Shown here one piece after another: positions 63,118-64,000 of a DNA stretch of 64,000 nt. Both the position numbers and the translations under genes were made by a program. The notes under the pieces were generated by a model. It searched no databases. It saw only the letters and a list, made by a program, of their open reading frames with translations, and had not been told where the DNA came from. Position 1 is the stretch's first letter. The number at the start of each line of letters is the position of its first letter. Origin of the DNA: Chiloscyllium plagiosum (Eukaryota); assembly GCF_004010195.1 (NCBI RefSeq), contig NC_057718.1:18251689-18315688 (forward strand), written 5' to 3'.

Positions 63118-63408
63118 TAGATCAGTTTAGTTACCCTACAATGAGGAAACAGACCCTTTGGCCCAACAAACCCACACCAACCCTCTGAAGAGCAACCCCC
63201 CCGACCCACTTCCCTCTGACTAATGCACCTAACAATGTGGGAAATTTAGCATGGCTAATCCACTTGACCTGCACATCTTTGGACTGTGGGAGGAAACCTA
63301 CACAGACATGGGGAGAATGTGCAAACTCCATACAGACTGTCGCCCAAGGCTGGAATTGAACTTAGGTCCCTGGCACTGTGAGACTGCAGTGCTAGCCACT
63401 GTGCCACT
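63118..63408 (-). mobile_element. HE1-type V-SINE
   Basis: V-domain ggggagaatgtgcaaactcc, tRNA-like head and CR1-like tail. Confidence 0.9.
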
Positions 63409-63724
63409 CACATGATGATATACATGGTTCGAGATATTTTGGGGCTGGAGAATCAGGAGACATCAGCTGAGATTGTTGTGTGAGTTCAGGAAGCCGTGGC
63501 TTGCGCACTTTTGTAGCTTCTGAGCTTCACTCTGAGACCCATGTGTGATCTTACCCAGGGTTTCGGTTTTCTCATGCACAGCAGCTTGTGTGCTGCAAAG
63601 GGTTTGGGAGCAATGAGGATAATAAGGTGGGCATTTTCAAAAGCTCTTGTACCAATCCATACACCCTCACACCCCATCTCACTCCATATCATCTCAGATC
63701 ATATATGTCCCAGATATCACATAT

Positions 63725-64000
63725 GACGTACAAGATGATCAGACGATTAGATAGGGTGGACAGTGAGAGCCTTTTCCCTCAAATGGTGATGGATAGCATG
63801 AGGGGACATAGCTTTAAATTGAGGGGTGATAGATATATGACTGATGTCAGAGCTAGGTTCTTTACTCAGAGAGTAATTAGGGCGTGGAATTCCCTGCCTG
63901 CAACAGTAGTAGACTCACCAAATTTAAAGGCATTTTGAATGGTCAATGGATAAACATATGGATGATTGTGGAATAGTGTAGGTTAGATGGGCTTAAGGTT
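63725..64000 (+). mobile_element. CR1 3' fragment running off the window
   Basis: TYKMIRRLDRVDSESLFP..RGHSFKLRG..FFTQRVIRAWNSLP. Confidence 0.9.

Overview
Repeat-dense vertebrate DNA, most likely from a shark, judged by HE1-type V-SINEs and their partner CR1 LINEs with a shared 3' tail. It appears intronic or intergenic, and I recognise no host protein-coding gene. Contents: (i) an ~8.9 kb 42-bp minisatellite (3172-12036) that explains nearly all the long repetitive ORFs; (ii) many CR1 copies, one near full length with zinc-finger/esterase ORF1 and APE-RT ORF2; (iii) a two-LTR Gypsy-superfamily retrotransposon with the Gmr1-type PR-IN-RT-RH order (35186-44551), inserted in a SINE that itself truncates an older Gypsy gag-pro; (iv) two solo LTRs; (v) a Penelope-like RT/GIY-YIG element plus short Penelope termini carrying five minimal hammerhead-ribozyme motifs, one with an intact core and one split by a solo LTR; (vi) RTE, L2, Deu-SINE and Harbinger Myb-like remnants; (vii) a few candidate small exons. 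I found no demonstrably new biological system. The best leads are the hammerhead set, the possible promoter origin of the minisatellite, a twin-priming-like inverted CR1 and a template-switch mosaic. Family names come from motif recognition, not database searches, and boundaries of old repeats are approximate.
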